64,000 nucleotides of DNA from Amoebophrya sp. A120. Lineage: Eukaryota; Protista; Dinoflagellata. Below, one piece after another: positions 12,522 to 26,477 of this stretch. The stretch covers positions 8,043,237 to 8,107,236 of the forward strand of contig CAJINV010000003.1 in NCBI GenBank assembly GCA_905178155.1. The letters run 5' to 3'. The stretch's first letter is position 1. Each line of letters begins with the position of its first letter. The notes below the pieces were generated by a model. It ran no database searches. It had not been told where the DNA came from and saw nothing but the letters and a program-made list of their open reading frames with translations. Made by a program: the position numbers and the translations under genes.

Positions 12522-13128
12522 TTTATTCGAATATGCGAATCGCTGCTTCTATGTTGAATAACGTAGCGGCGGCACTGTGACTGGAACGGACTGCAAGGCC
12601 GTCAGTACAAGAGGAATAGCGACAAATCCCCTTGAGGTCTCGTAATGTTACGTGAAGAAAATTGCGACTGATAAATGTTTGAAATTGATCTTCCCGATCA
12701 ATGTACTGTTTGAAGCCGAGCTGCTGTGAAAACAGTATGAACAGATGTTCTGTTTTTTTCTGTCGGAGATGCGTCTGAGTGAGGAGGACCGGCTTGACTG
12801 TCAGCCATGAAGACGAGGCTTTTCTACCCGAACAAATCTTCAGCACTTGCATGATGCACCACCGTTGAGCGGACCAAATTGACGGTAGTAGGTATTCATT
12901 TTACAACCGAGCAGTTCGCACGTCAGCAAGGTTCACCGAATCATTTCTCTTCTTGGCTCGTTTTTGTTCGTTCGTCAACTTTCCTCACAAGAACTGAAGC
13001 ATATACATAGCCCAGAGGAAGTCATAGTGCCACACAGAAGGAGGCGGTGGACGAGGCCCTGCCGACAGGCAAGGGGCGCCAACTGATTCAGTTCCGCACC
13101 AGGTTTTTTCCGCACTCCCATTGCGGTC

Positions 13129-16100
13129 ATGCTGGGTGCCAGCGAGCCTGGGGTTCCTTCCTCGCCGCAGATGTCCCCGCAATTCGGGCCACGGCGAGCC
13201 GGACAATCTGGGACGAAGAAGCGTGCGACGCTCGCGGATGAGGATCAGTCCGTGGGGGCGGGGGTGGCCACCCCGAAGTTCCTCCAGACCCGGGGGTTCA
13301 CGGTCGTGTCGCGGGTTGCGTCCTCGGCGCAAAACGTGATTTCGCGGGTGCAGGACAGCGCGGGTGGGAACTTCGTCTGCAAGTGCATGTCCCTGCACAA
13401 TCTACAGTCCGCAAAGGCGAAGCTCGCGGCGCAGCAGGAGGTGTGCATCCTGAAGGCGCTGCAGCACCCTAACGTGATCGGGTACAAGGACAGCTTCGTC
13501 GTGCAGGACGACGCCACCATGCTGGCCGGAGGGCAGCTCGTCATTATCATGGAATACGCGACTGACGGGGACCTACGGGAGAAACGTCTGGCCGCCAAGC
13601 AGGAGGGTGTATAAATTTACGGGAACTTCGATTCGATATTGACGATGCGTATCTATCAAGTAATCTACTTTTTTTGACAGTCGATTTATAAGTTTCGTGG
13701 TACTAGTACTACACTGAGGACAGCGACAGCAGTCGATGAAGGATGATTCTTTTGGGCTGCAGCTGCAACGCGGTTGTACTGTGCACCTTGCTTGTCACCC
13801 CCGTGGTCCCCGTACTCCTGGGATGAATGTAAAAGTAGAAGTGGTTGAAAAAATATTAGAGCGGCGGATATCGAGCGGCGTGTTGGCGGCGTGGTTTCGG
13901 CAGACACTGTTGGCCTTACAGTATATCCATGGCTGTCGCATGGTGCACCGGGACCTGAAGAGTGCGAACGTTTTCATCTCCGGCAACCGCATTTTAGTGG
14001 GTGATTTCGGCATAAGCAAGGTGTTGGAGTCCACCCTGTTTGCGACGACCTGCGTGGGGACGCCGGCTTACATGGCACCGGAGATTATTCGTAACGAAAA
14101 ATACACCGCGGGAGTGGATATCTGGGCATTCGGCGTAATTGCCTACGAAATGCTCCTGCTGGAACTGCCTTTCAACGCCGATTCGCTGCTAGGTGATCAC
14201 GAGAATAATAAATTTGACGCAACTTGCGACTTGTCATTTTTGATGATGATGCTCATGATATTCGATATTATACAACAAGCCAGTTCTACTTGGTGTATTC
14301 CTTGCAGGTTTGGTATATCAAATCGCGAACATGGCATTGAAACTGCCCCCAGCCGGACGGACCAGTGGGCTTGCTCAAGGTGACAGCGTTCGCACAGCAC
14401 CGATTCACCAGAGCTGGCATGAGATGATCACTGCGTGCCTGAACCGAGACGCGCAGCAGCGCCCGTCCGCGTCCCAGCTACTGGAAAGTGTGGAGCTCCT
14501 TCAGGAGCGAAACTGCAGTACTTAATGTATGCATCGATCTCCTGTGACTTTGATACAACTTGAGAATGAAATCACATCATCAGAAGGGATATACATCTTG
14601 TTCGGGATGAAGGGTTGTAATGTATGTATCGGGACGAACTACTCTTCTGGACGAAATGAAAAGAGCCAATCCTAGAAGAAAAAGAAAACTTTCATCGCGC
14701 AGGTGGAAACGTGAATCCCGAGGTGCTTGCAGATCCCGTTAGTCCGGTGAACTCTCCCTCAATGCGGGAGTTCCGTTCGCCCATTGCAGAAACTCGCAAT
14801 CTGCTGGCGGCTTCTGCATCCAAGGGATCTTCAAGCGCTGTGGCCGCGCAACAAGGTGGTGCTAGTACTTCCCCGGCGTCGCCCTCGCAGAACAAGCGAC
14901 CGCACCTGACATCCGACCAGGCCTACCTGGCGTCTCCGCAGCACAGCGAGGGGTCCTCCTCCCGTTCGCCGAAGTCTCCCAAGCGTGCCGCGGAGCCGCC
15001 CGCCCTTCCCGCGTTCCCGAGCTCGTTTGGCGGGGCCGGGCCCGGGTTTCCGGCGCTGAACGTGAACAATTTCATGGCGGAGAACCTACGCCCTACCGCC
15101 AGCAAGGACTACAACATTAACGTCGGAGATAAAAACTCTGCGCCGGGTGGCGAGCGGGTCAGCATGGTGGAGCAGCGACCTTCTGCAGGAGTGATGTCGT
15201 CCTCTTCGTCGCGTGCGAACACCAATATCAAAGGCAGTGTTGTTCTCAGTATCGACCCGACGACAACGGCAGACCATGTGGTGGCTGCCGCCGGGCCACT
15301 ATTCCCCGACGTGGCGAGGCCGAAGACGGAAAGTCGTTCCCCGGGAGGAAAGGCAACAAGCCGGGCGGAACCAGAGCCGGATGAGGATCTGCGTGAGCGT
15401 ATCCTGAGTAAAAACGTACCCACACCAGAGCTGTAATGCAGATTTGCAAAGACAGGAAGACTTGTAATGCGCATCCCCATGAGAGCCATTTCCAATCGTG
15501 TTTTGGAATTTGTGATGCTGTGAACAGGGTGAGCAGATGAATCTGTGACGCGGCTGCACTTGCTAACCTGCACTGCACTGCATAGCGCAACTTGTCATGC
15601 GTGACTCACAAAGCTCCTAGGTTTGTGTTGCAAAATCCTCATCCTGACTTTGGTGTGGGTACGTTTTTACTCAGGATAGGGCGGTCCGGGAGATACCGCA
15701 TCCGCGAAGACCAAGACGAGGCTTTTCGGCAGCGACTCTTGCGCCTCCGCGAGGAGCGTGGAAAGATTGGTATTGAGTTACTTACAGACGTATTTATAAC
15801 CCAGAGCAAGTAGACACGAAAGAAGAGCATCAGCAATGGCATTTTTGTCTCTTTTCACTTTTACACTCCGACGAGCACCTGCACCATGCATTGACGATAA
15901 AAGACGGGCATGATTTTCGTTTTTTTTTTGTCCAAGCGATCAGACAGCAGATAGCATGAACTATTTTCCATATGCAGATGCAAGCTTGCTGAAGGAGGTT
16001 TTGGACGAGTCGGTGCGCGACATTTCGCAGTTGCACGCCCCGAGCGCGCGGAGCGAAGCGGAGCTTAGGGAATCCGCGGAGGTGCAAGCAAAAATCGGCA

Positions 16101-16129
16101 TCGCTTTGTGGAAGCGGGGAATCCGGTAG
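13129..16129 (+). CDS. NIMA-related (NEK) Ser/Thr kinase; introns 13607-13859, 14193-14307, 14518-14702, 15399-15679, 15770-15977
   Basis: VCK..QQEV.ILKALQHPNVIGY, IIMEYATDGDL, HRDLKSANVF, GDFGISKVLEST, TCVGTPAYMAPE, DIWAFG and RPSASQLL. All five introns are GT-AG and keep the frame. Confidence 0.88.
15400..15678. mobile_element. Introner/MITE forming NEK intron 4
   Basis: Perfect 28-bp TIR TATCCTGAGTAAAAACGTACCCACACCA (15400-15427 and 15651-15678); 5-bp flanks GAGCG/GGGCG. Confidence 0.92.
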
Positions 16130-16689
16130 TCACGACCCACGACGCTCTTTATGCTGCACGGCGTTTTGAAATGTGTCCTCAAGAGTTTTACATTCATTCT
16201 GTTCTTTATGGATTCGTTTACGACACTGGATCTTCGTGCGATGATCTTTGCTCCACCACTTTGTGTCTTTGAACATGTCGTAGGTGGTACAGAGCGAAGG
16301 GGTTTGCTTGATATCACTCCACTTCTGCTTCGCGTAATTGACTCTATGCGAAGTGTCGCTGGAGTATGATTATCGGGGTTCTGTATCGCTAGAGAATCCG
16401 TTTTCGGTGGCGTCGCTGGAGTATCAGATTTTGTTCTGTGGTATAGGAGTATACTTTTACGAACCTTTTAGAAATCGGTCTGAGATTTATCTTTTCTAGC
16501 AAATTTCGATCATCTTTTCGTATTTTTGCAACATAGCCCAACAACCATCCGCGCACTTCGTATACCATTTATCTTGGTCTGATGGATCTTTCGATTTGTT
16601 CTGTTCTGGTTCTGTTTGGCGTGTTTTATTCTGAGTCTTAGATACTGGTGTTCTTACTCGCCGCGTGAACTCTTTTTAGTAAGTACCTC

Positions 16690-18033
16690 ATGTCTGCTTC
16701 GGAGTCGTCGTCCCCTTCTGCGGGCGCGACGTTAAGAGCAACGCAGCCCGAGGACCTGGTTGCGTTCACGATTGGCAGTCGCGTTCGTCGCGAAGTAAAT
16801 CTCCTGATCGAGGAGATCGATCAATGGCGCAATGGGATTCGCGTCCTCGGTGTGGGCGACGCGTTGTTGAATTCCGGCGGATGGGGGCGGGCACTTACCC
16901 AGAAGCTGCACTACCAATACGAAATGGCGGTCCGCTTCTCCTCGTCAGCCTCCTCCAGTGCCACGGAGGAAGTTTCCCCCGGTGCGCCGTCGTCCTCGCC
17001 AATAAAACTACAGGGCGGAGAAGCTAAAAGTCAAAACGGCGCAGCTTCCACCGGCAGGAAAGTGTTGATGTTTCTGGACGCCTATGACGTCATCGTACCA
17101 GACCCCTCGGAGGAGAAAATTCTTGCGCGGTTCGACGAGCTCCGTCGCAAGTACCCGCACTGCGAAGTGTTCTTCAATGCGGAGTTCTGGTGCCCCGCCA
17201 ACTGCGCCGGCGCCGGGGGGGCGGCAACCAGTGCGCGGGGCTTTACGTATCGCAACGACGCGGGGGACGTAAACAAGTGGGACCGGCTACCGTTTCTCAA
17301 TAGCGGAGTCTTCATTGGGTACGCCGATACCATTCGTGCCGTGCTGGAAGATCCCGAATATCTGGGATGGATGCTCGACAATGAGAGTGACGACCAGTGG
17401 TGGTGGTCAAAGGTGTGGATTCTGGACCGAGAGCGCGGCCGCAACCGCCTGTGCCTGGACGTGCACAGCGAGCTTTTGCTTACCACAGCGGTCGCAGAAG
17501 TTGGCGGGTACGTACGCGCACGGACTGGCAGCTTTGCATCATCTTCCCCGTCGCGCCCGACGTTGCAGCCCGTGGCCTCCAGTGCGATCCAACCGCTGTC
17601 CGCTCGGTTTCCGAAGGGCTACCAGGGCAAAATGGATGGATACGACGTCGTTCTGAACCCGTTTTACAACTCCTCCTCCGCGCGACTGGAGAACGACGCG
17701 GCAGAAGCAGCTGCAAAGTCGTTGTACTCTGGCGGCCTGGTGACACGAACCGATACGGGGGCGCACCCGCTCGTTTTACACTTTAACGCGGGACGCAAGG
17801 GCTACTATCGTGCGTACGAAGTCCTCCGACCCCACAGCACTGACATCATGGGGAGCAACGCAGAGCTGATACCGCTCGAGAACGCGCCCTCGCTCATTTT
17901 GCTGGGTGGCTCCGGCTTCATATGTCTGCGAGGCTTTCTTCTCCTGCTCTGGGTGGTGGCACCCTTCGCGTGGTGTGGCTTCGCTCGCCGCTTTGTACAC
18001 TGTGTGCGTCGAGCAAAAAATTTCCTCTCGTAA
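16690..18033 (+). CDS. PLOD (procollagen lysyl hydroxylase) glycosyltransferase-like GT-A protein with a C-terminal TM segment
   Basis: VLMFLDAYDV, VFFNAEFWCP, PFLNSGVFIGYA, DDQ, LCLD and LHFNAG motifs. Confidence 0.8.
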   Translation: MSASESSSPSAGATLRATQPEDLVAFTIGSRVRREVNLLIEEIDQWRNGIRVLGVGDALLNSGGWGRALTQKLHYQYEMAVRFSSSASSSATEEVSPGAPSSSPIKLQGGEAKSQNGAASTGRKVLMFLDAYDVIVPDPSEEKILARFDELRRKYPHCEVFFNAEFWCPANCAGAGGAATSARGFTYRNDAGDVNKWDRLPFLNSGVFIGYADTIRAVLEDPEYLGWMLDNESDDQWWWSKVWILDRERGRNRLCLDVHSELLLTTAVAEVGGYVRARTGSFASSSPSRPTLQPVASSAIQPLSARFPKGYQGKMDGYDVVLNPFYNSSSARLENDAAEAAAKSLYSGGLVTRTDTGAHPLVLHFNAGRKGYYRAYEVLRPHSTDIMGSNAELIPLENAPSLILLGGSGFICLRGFLLLLWVVAPFAWCGFARRFVHCVRRAKNFLS

Positions 18034-18839
18034 TCATACGAGGACATCAGACAACCCGCGGTTGAACCAAGCGGCAAAAAATGGAACAGAGTCAGAGAAA
18101 AAAGAATCGGATACAGGATCCTCTCGCTATACGAATGTATACCTACACCTCCGCTTTGTAGGTGTTTTACTACAACCAACCCCCACGATAGCAGATTTTT
18201 GTTCACCGTGGGTGAAGCGGATGCATGTTGTGACAGCTGCACCTCCTTGTGATCAGTTACGTTGATTCGGAACACGTGTGCCACTTTCGTATATCATGAA
18301 TATTCAGAGCGATAAGCACAAGGTGGGATACATGCCTATGCGTCGCATTCCGATCTACTTATTCATGTGGTAATCCTGATCTAGTTGTTGAGTGCGGCAA
18401 AGTTGCTTCGAGACGCGAGGAGAGACACTAGAACAGTCTCAAAACGGTATGTAATCAGCAGTAGCTAACCGAGACGGTGGATTTTAGTCTGTATGCAACC
18501 TCTTGGAACACTAGTAAAGCTCCATGAGTGTCCATTCATATTAGAGCACAAGCACGGCCATCGCAGGCGTGTGCTCTGAAGTTTAGCTGAACAATCGTTC
18601 GCTTGGTGATAGATAAGTAACAGCCCAATGGACGAAGCAGAGCGGGGCGTTAACTTTCTGGCTGCCCTATGTGGATGATGAAAGTGGCATCACTGATACG
18701 GCGCATTGCTTTGTTTCATGTGTAGGTGTACTTCGGTGCAATAAAAGCGTGCATGTTGCTCGATGGTGCGCTCGCCAGTCGTAGCTACTGCTACGCTCGT
18801 GCAAAAGTGATGCATTTGGTTTCATCATGATAGAAAAAG

Positions 18840-21586
18840 TTTGAGACCCTGCTGCAGGATTTGGAGAGGGTGCGCGGGGAGAGCGCGAATTGGAAGGCAA
18901 AGTATGAAAGTTTGGAGAACCGCTGTCGAACCAGCGCGGAAGCAGCCGCGGCGCAAGCGGGGGAATGGAAAACAACGTTGGCGAGCCGGACTGCCGAGCG
19001 CGATGTACTGCGCAGAAACGCTGAGCGAGCGGAGAAGGCGCGGCAGGAGCTTGCGACCGAGCTGCAGAGCTGCGCGGCGGAGCGGGATAAATGGCGGGAC
19101 CAGTGTAGTTCGCGGGAACGCACCATCCAGCAGCTGGACAAGCGACTGGCGGCCCAACAGGACGCTGCGAAGCGACCGCAGCAGGAGAACGCCCGTCTGC
19201 TCACCTTCAACAGTCAGTTCTCGCGCGAGGTCACAGAAGTGCGCGGGTTGAACCAGCGTCTGGAGAAGGAGCTTGCGCTGGCGCGGGCGGATCTGGACGT
19301 TTCCCGCCGGAAGTGCGTTGCCGTAAGCGAACATCGGGGGCGTGACAAGACGGAGTACCAAAAGGTAAAGGAGGAGAAGGACCGGCTCAAGGAGGAGCTG
19401 CGTGCGCAGTTGAAGTGCAACGCCGACCTGCGTGGCTGCTTGCAGGCAGAAAAAGACGCAGCCAAACGCGCCGGAAAGCAGCTCGCCTCGCTTAAGCTGC
19501 GCCTGCAAAACATCCGCTACGCGAAGAACTGCGCTGAGAAGATGGTACCTGCATCTCCTACTTTGGGAAAAATAATCAAGTATACGGTAAAGAAGTTTTA
19601 ATATTCTGAGTGAAGAGGTGGAGGTGCTGGATTGTAGGCCACCGCTTGCGCTGTATTTCTTGTGGCGACCGCCTTTCGAGTCAGCATGCATATGCAAAAA
19701 TGATTTTCGATTGCCAGCGAACACACAAGCGCACAACCCTGTAACGGGCAGCTCGTGCATGGTTCAGTGTCCCGCCGCTTTTCGTCAGGTAGATCGGCTC
19801 TCGGAGGAGATGCAGGGGTATCAGCAGGATGCCCGGCAAGTGGATCGCGTGACCACGGATCTCCAAGATGCCGCGATCCGGCGTGCCGAAGAAGAGTGTC
19901 GCAAGCTTGCCGCGTTGGAAGAAGCGGCGGAACTGCGGCTCCTTCTCGACCTAAAGTCGGAGGAGTGCGCGCACCTCTACGAGCAGCTGGCGCTCCTGGA
20001 AGCGAAGAAGACCTCAACGCACAGCGTGGGTGTCGTCACTTCGCCAAAAGTTTTGAGCTTGACAGCCGGGCGAGAAGATTCACCCTCTCCCCGAAGTCGG
20101 GAAGCGCAGCGCTTCTTGGAAGATGCCCGTGTCGCTTTGGGCGACGTCGAAATGGAAAAGTGGGATCTGCAGGCACAGGTATTATACTTGCGAAAAGATA
20201 TTACCCTTTACTATCTGCGCGCTCGTGTAGTGTGTGCGCGCCGTCGCTGATGCCACAGCTTGGGCGCGATGATGCCACAGCGTGGTCGTGGTCGTGTATC
20301 CATCATTCCTCGTCGTGATTTCTGTCTACAAGCAGGAGGTGGTAGGTACTGTACAACCTACTTGTTTTATTTAGTCCAGACGTGCTACTTCTACTTGTTG
20401 ACAATGAACGCTGGTATCGCTTCAGGTCTCACAGGCGGAGCAGGATAAATTGCAAAGTGCTTCTCGACTTTCGTGCTTGAGTAAGCGCGTGAGTGAGCTG
20501 GAGAAGCACCTACTTGCGGAGCGCGAAGCTGGTGAACGGGAACGAGAAAAGAGCGACCGGTGGCGCCGGGAAGCGGAGCGCGTGATCCGTGCAAACCGGT
20601 TTCTGAGGGATCAGAGCGGCAACCTGCGTCGCAAGATGGAACAGGTCGAGAATGAGCGGCGTTTGCGGTACCCTTCTCTGGCTCACCTGCACCCGGCGCA
20701 AGCCAACTTGGCAACTCGGAGCACCACGAGCTACAGCTTCACCAGTTCCGCCGCGGCTGACTCGGGGGCGTCGTCGCCCCGCGAAGTGCCGCCCTGCCCA
20801 TCGCCCGGAGGGGGCACCGTTTGCGACCGCGATGTTGACGATGTGGTTGTAGGACTGCATGGCGGCGTTGGGGTGGAAAGCAGCGGAACAAACGCGACCA
20901 CGACCAAGAGCAATTTCTCTGTGGAACAAACGGAGCAACACGGTGGTCAGCAACAAGAGTTCCAATCAGAGCATGCCTATTCGGCGCACCTGCTGTCCCA
21001 GGATCCGGCGCTACGCAAGTTATCCCAAAGTATCAGCCTGCTGGAGCAGTACCTGCCACAAGCGGCGTCGCAACCAACCGGCGGGATGGCCAGCAGTAAG
21101 ACCAGCTCTTCCACCCAGTCCGTGCCGTTGCCCCCGCCGGCACAGGTTTTAGCTGGTGCGGAGTTGGTCGTGTCTAGTGCTCTTCGGGGCGAGGAAGTGA
21201 AGGGTGAAGAACAAAAATCAGAAGTGAACGTCGCGGGGGAGCAGCAGGAGCGCGGATCGCAGAGCGAACTGACACTGAGTGCGATGAACACTGCCTATGT
21301 TGTGGAGGAGAGCACGTGCACACAGTCGAGTAGTGCTACGGATTGTATTGCTACTGCCAGTAGTGCAACTGCTTCTGCAACTGCAGCAAGTGGACGAGGA
21401 CCACACAATAATTTAGAACTGTCCAGCTCAGCCGGAACAGCATCATTTTCGGTCGGAGTACATGCACAAGAGCCAATTGTTCTCGGTCGGGTTCAGGAGG
21501 ACACGAATGTGACCACTGGCACTGCTGTTCCCGTTCCGTATGCTAGTACAGAAGAAGCAGCTCGACAAGGAGGTGTATCCTCCTGA
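18840..21586 (+). CDS. Long coiled-coil protein; introns 19545-19788 and 20179-20425; 5' end uncertain (possible ATG near 18628)
   Basis: Three E/R/K/L/A-rich heptad ORFs joined in frame by GT-AG introns. Confidence 0.7.
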
Positions 21587-22297
21587 GCTGCGCTGTCTTG
21601 GTGTGACACATCTCAACACCAGCAACAAGCTTTTTGCCGATCATCCCCTAGGGATGGAGTACTAGACATGTGAATTTTGATTTTGGGCGCTGTTCACCAC
21701 CAGTTGCGGGCGCGCAGGGAGACCACTCGTGTGTGCTAATTTGTGTGGCACTTGCGCAGCATTCTATTCATTGGTGCACTGAAGAAGATCGTGGCTGGAG
21801 CGTCGGTCAGGTTTCTATGTACGTAAACGTCTGAAGCGCTGCAGAATTTTCGCAAGCATCGTGATTTTTCTGTTGATTTTGATAGTTCTGTTGATGGCAA
21901 TTACGGATAGATTGAGTTCATCTCAAGTTCGATCTGGTAGTTTCTGTTGGTTCCTAATATTTCACCGATATGCAAATTGCCATCAATTATAGCAGAGTGA
22001 AAGGCTCTGGCTCCCACGTTTCAAGATCTGCATATGGAGAGTAGTCAGAAGTTTTACTTTTCGTTTATACCTGGATCTGGAAGAATCCCAAAGGCAATGG
22101 TGCTCCTTGTTCGCAACGCTGCACAGGACCCCATTTGATCTCTCTTCATATCCCCTCGCGAATAGGAATACATAGAGACCTACAGCTACAACATTTTCCA
22201 TGCATGAGGTCTGATTTCAAGAGTGCGGAACCGGTAGAAGTTGTTTATGATGTAATGTGCTGAAAGCATTTCTACCTCCACCAGCAAATAAGCCTCT

Positions 22298-25200
22298 ATG
22301 TCGTCCGCACGGGCGGAGTTCCTCGAGCAGCAGCGCAAGCTGCTGCAGCTGGAACACGACGAGGAGAAGGCACAGACGACGGAGTTGCTGCAGACGTGTC
22401 GACAGGTGGAGCTGTCCGACGCTGGGGTTGCGATTCTGAAGCTGTACTTGCACAACAAAGAGCTCAAGCTTTCGACGGGCTTGTATGGGAAAACCGGCGC
22501 CACCCTGACGCGGTACCATCCGGAGGACCTCCTTCCCGCGCACCGGCTGTCGCCGGGCGACATCGTTGGCGTATTCGACACGGCGAATCCGTTGCACGGC
22601 GTGAAGCCCATTGTGGAGGCGATTGTCAGCAAGGTGCGCGCCAAAGAAATCGAGCTGGTGTTTTCGGGCAAGGTGGACGAGGACGTCTTTCCGCTCCATG
22701 TGGGCCCCTACCACATTGCGGTCATCGCCTCCGATGTCACGATGAGTCGGTACAAGTACACCTTGCAGGACTTGGAGGCTCAGTTCGCGTTGCTCGGAGA
22801 CTTCGGAAAGAGCGGCGGCGGCGGGTCCTCGTCCTCCGCGGGGGAAAGAAACAAAGTGGTCGAGCTTTGTTTTGCTTCTGGAGACACGAATTTGAGCAAG
22901 CAAAATTCCCCGTCCGCTAGTTCAGTTAACGGTGGAGGTGCACCTGGTGAGGTAGTTTTTCCGAGGTTCCTCGATGATTTTCCGGTCCAAGGCATGATGC
23001 AAGGTTGTAAACAGGAGGACCACGATGACGACCGAGTCGGCGTTGGGCCAGCTGCGACCTGGACGAGTTTTCGCTGCGCGCCAGCGCACCGACTGAATGA
23101 GCCACAGCAGCAAGCGGTCCGGAACGCGCTGAGGTCACAGGATCTGCACGTGATCCACGGCCCGCCTGGGACGGGGAAGACAACCACCTGCGTGGCTTTC
23201 ATCCTAGAGTGCGTTGCGCGGGGCATGCGGCTACTGGTCTCGGCGCCCAGCAATGTTGCAGTGGATAATTTACTGCACAAGGTCGCGCAGCACCTCCCGG
23301 CGTCGTGCCTGGTGCGCATCGGGCATCCCGTCCGCGTAGACGCGGATCTGCAGAAACTCACGCTCGACGGGCGCGTCGCGGGCACTGAGCAAGCGGCACT
23401 TTGTCGGGACATCGAAGTGGAGATCAAGGAGCATCTCGCGGCGCTTCGCAGCAAGAACAACAGTGGAGGTTCCTCCAAGAACAAAAATGCGGGCGGAGGG
23501 AGTGCATCCACCTTCGCCAACCGACGTTTGCGGAAGGAGGAGCTGTCCAAGCTGCGCAAGGAACTGAAAAAGCGGTCTACCGACGCCGTGAAGGGGGTGC
23601 TGGCCTCTGCGCAAGTGGTCTTCTGCACCTGCGCGGGGGCGAGCGAGGTGAAGAAGCGGTTTTTGCTTCGGGGAGGTTCTAGAAACGATGGCCGGGGAGC
23701 GGAACCACAGCAAGCGTCTTCAATAGATCCGTCGTCGCTGTTCGACGTCGTTTTGGTAGACGAGGCCGCGCAAACGCTGGAGGTGGCATGCTGGATTCCG
23801 CTGCTGTGCGGACGGCGTGCCGTCTTGGCCGGTGATCACAACCAGTTGGCGGCCACGGTGAAAAGCGAAGAAGCCGCGCGCCAGGGGCTCGACCGCACGC
23901 TGTTCGGCCGGATGATCGAGCGGTTCGGAGACCGGGTCAGTAGTCTGCTCAGCATCCAGTATCGCATGCACGACATCATCATGGGGTGGAGCAGCGCCGA
24001 GTTTTACGATTCCCGGCTGGAGGCTGCGGAAGAAGTGCGCGCGCGCACGCTGCTGGGGACTGATGGAGGTGGGAGCAATAGTAGTACAGATACTGGAACA
24101 ATTACAATCGCTGCACAAGGCGGGCCAGCTACGAAATCTCCTAGCGGTTATTGTTTTCCCAGCGCGCATCCGCTTGTATTCGTCGACACGGTGGGGAACC
24201 ACCGCTGCCGGGAACAGGAGCCCGAAAATAGCACTGCCGGAGGACAGCATCAACAGCAGGCACGACCTGGGAAAGTGAAAAGCATCCTTCAGCAGGCCAG
24301 CAGCGCGCGGTGCAACCCGGGCGAGGCAAGGATCTTGCTTGGATATGCGAAGTGGTTGCAGAAAACCTTAGCAGTTCGGAAACCGGAGGAGGCAAAGCAG
24401 ACAAGCATCTGTGTGATCACGCCGTACAACCAGCAGGTGGACCACTTGCGGTTGCTGTTTGCGGAAGCGGGACTCGGCAACATCCCCGTGAACACGGTGG
24501 ACAGCTACCAGGGCCGGGAGGCCGACGTGGTGTTGCTCAGTCTGGTGCGTAGTAACGAAAATGCAGAAGTTATCCAGAGTGAAAACATCCCCAGCCCAAA
24601 GTCAAGATGCGAATTTTGCGGAATACAAGTCCAGATCTTTTGAGACTGAGGCATGAAAACTTTGGGTTCGCAGTGTAGTCGTTCCGTAGCTAGTCCGCAT
24701 GCATCACGAATTCACTGCATTGTCCACCTAGGGGTATCGGCAGAGGCTAAGTCTGTTCTAACGCCCAGGTATTGGCAGAGGCTAAGTCTGTTCTAACGCC
24801 GACCCGCCAGGAGTCAAATGGTGCTACTACTCCTACTGCATTGTCCGGATAAGCGCCGCGTGACAGATTCCCAAAAACTAGTACGTAGAATATGCCTCTC
24901 ATGTTGGAGACCCGCATGAGAAAGATCCTCAGCACGCAAATTTGCATGACAATATCGGGGGGTCGGGGTCGTTTTTCCACAGGATAGAGGTGGGATTTTT
25001 GAGTGATTTCCGGCGGCTGAATGTAGCAGTGACGCGGGCGAAAAAGCACGTGTTGATCGTCGGCAATTCGACCACCATCTGTAGCGACGAGGTGCTGGCC
25101 AGCCTGTATCAGTACGCGCTGCAGCGGGGCAAGGTTGTGTTTGCTAGCGAAACAGTATCTGAAATGCTCGATACGGTTGCAGTAGCGGATGCCGCAAAGT

Positions 25201-26477
25201 TGACCGTTGAGGACGGCGCGGAGTGCGGGCCTTTCGAACCAGAGATCGCGAGCGATGGGGCTTCGCTCATGGCCAACTCGGCGGGGGCGTCCCGAAAAAA
25301 GAAGCAAGCACTGCAGCTCGTGGCGGGAATGGTCGAAAAGGATCCGCAAGATGGCGGGAGGGGTCGCGGCGAAGGAACGACTTCTTCGGAGCAGGTGGGG
25401 ACAAACGCAAACACGAAGACAAGCACCGGCCCCGCACCGATGCAGATGTCGGCGGAAGAAATAGAGAAGCGGCGAAAAAAGTTCATTGCAACGCTCGAGG
25501 AGTTTTTGATGAAGCACGACGACCCAGACAGCGCCCGAAAAGAGTTCCACGATTTTCCAAAGTCGCTCAACGCTCGGGAGCGACTCATTGTTCACGAGGT
25601 GTGCGAGAAGTTGGGCGTGCAATCGGAGAGCCAAGGGGAAGGCAAGAAGCGCTTCGTTCGGGTGTTTCGAAGTAGTGATGTCGGAGCAGCGCCAAGCGGA
25701 CCAGCGTCTGTGGGTGACGTTAAACAAGGCAAAGAAGAAGCTGTACCACGCGCATTTTCGCCGGAGAAAAGGGTTGCGGGGGAAGAGAGGGATGAACTAC
25801 CGCAGGATCAGTCTAGTGTTGCAGCTGACCCGGTGTCATTGTCACAGGGAGCAGTGCCGGAAAGCGCTGTCGTACAGACGCGTGCGAAATTAGGTGCCGA
25901 ATCGCCGCCTGCGAGCACGCACGAAAAGCATGAAACGCTTTCCGAGCAAGCAGAGCCGGCATCTGCGGACGCAGGGAGTGAACTTCTAAGAGATTTGGCG
26001 CGCCAGCGAGAAGAGCGTCAACGCCGACGCATGGAGGAAGCGGAGGCAGCGAGGAAGCTGGAAAAGCACCAGAAGCTACAGGCGAAGAAGCAGCAGAAGG
26101 AGAAAAAGAAGCAGCAGCAAGCGAGTGGCGCTAAGGAAGAAGAGGAAGACGACTTCGATGCGATTTTGGACGATTTCACGGAGAAATTCCCCCGTGGAAA
26201 GTGCACTGTCTGTAAGGTGAGTGTCAAGCACCTCACAGAGGAATTTACGACTTGCGAGTACTGCCGGAGAACCTTTTGCTTTCAGCACCTGCAGGCGGAA
26301 CTGCACGGCTGCGGTGATGCAGCCAAGCAAAAAGAGCGAGCGCAGCGTAAACACACACTGAACCCAAATAAACCAAAGGGGCCCACGGACGCGCCGCACC
26401 GCCGCGCACAAGTTGCTTTGCAGGAGAAGCTGCGTGATGCGGCGAGCGAAAGAAGTAAAAAGCCCAACAAACAGTAA
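22298..26477 (+). CDS. IGHMBP2: SMUBP-2/IGHMBP2 Upf1-like SF1 helicase with R3H domain and AN1 zinc finger; intron 24569-24989
   Basis: IHGPPGTGKT, APSNVAVDNL, VDEAAQ, AGDHNQL, QYRMH, ITPYNQQV, TVDSYQGRE, VGFLSDFRRLNVAVTRAK, LNARERLIVHEVCE (R3H) and C..C...CEYCRRTFCFQHLQAELHGC (AN1). Confidence 0.93.
24571..24986. mobile_element. Introner/MITE forming the IGHMBP2 intron
   Basis: Ends TATCCAGAGTGAAAACATCCCC and (reverse complement) TATCCTGTGGAAAAACGACCCC; TSD GAAGT/GAGGT. The left arm matches the right arm of the NEK element (ccaaagtcaRgatg..attttgc). Confidence 0.85.
24733..24800 (+). repeat. Two tandem copies of a 33-bp unit inside the introner
   Basis: GGTATYGGCAGAGGCTAAGTCTGTTCTAACGCC x2. 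Confidence 0.9.
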
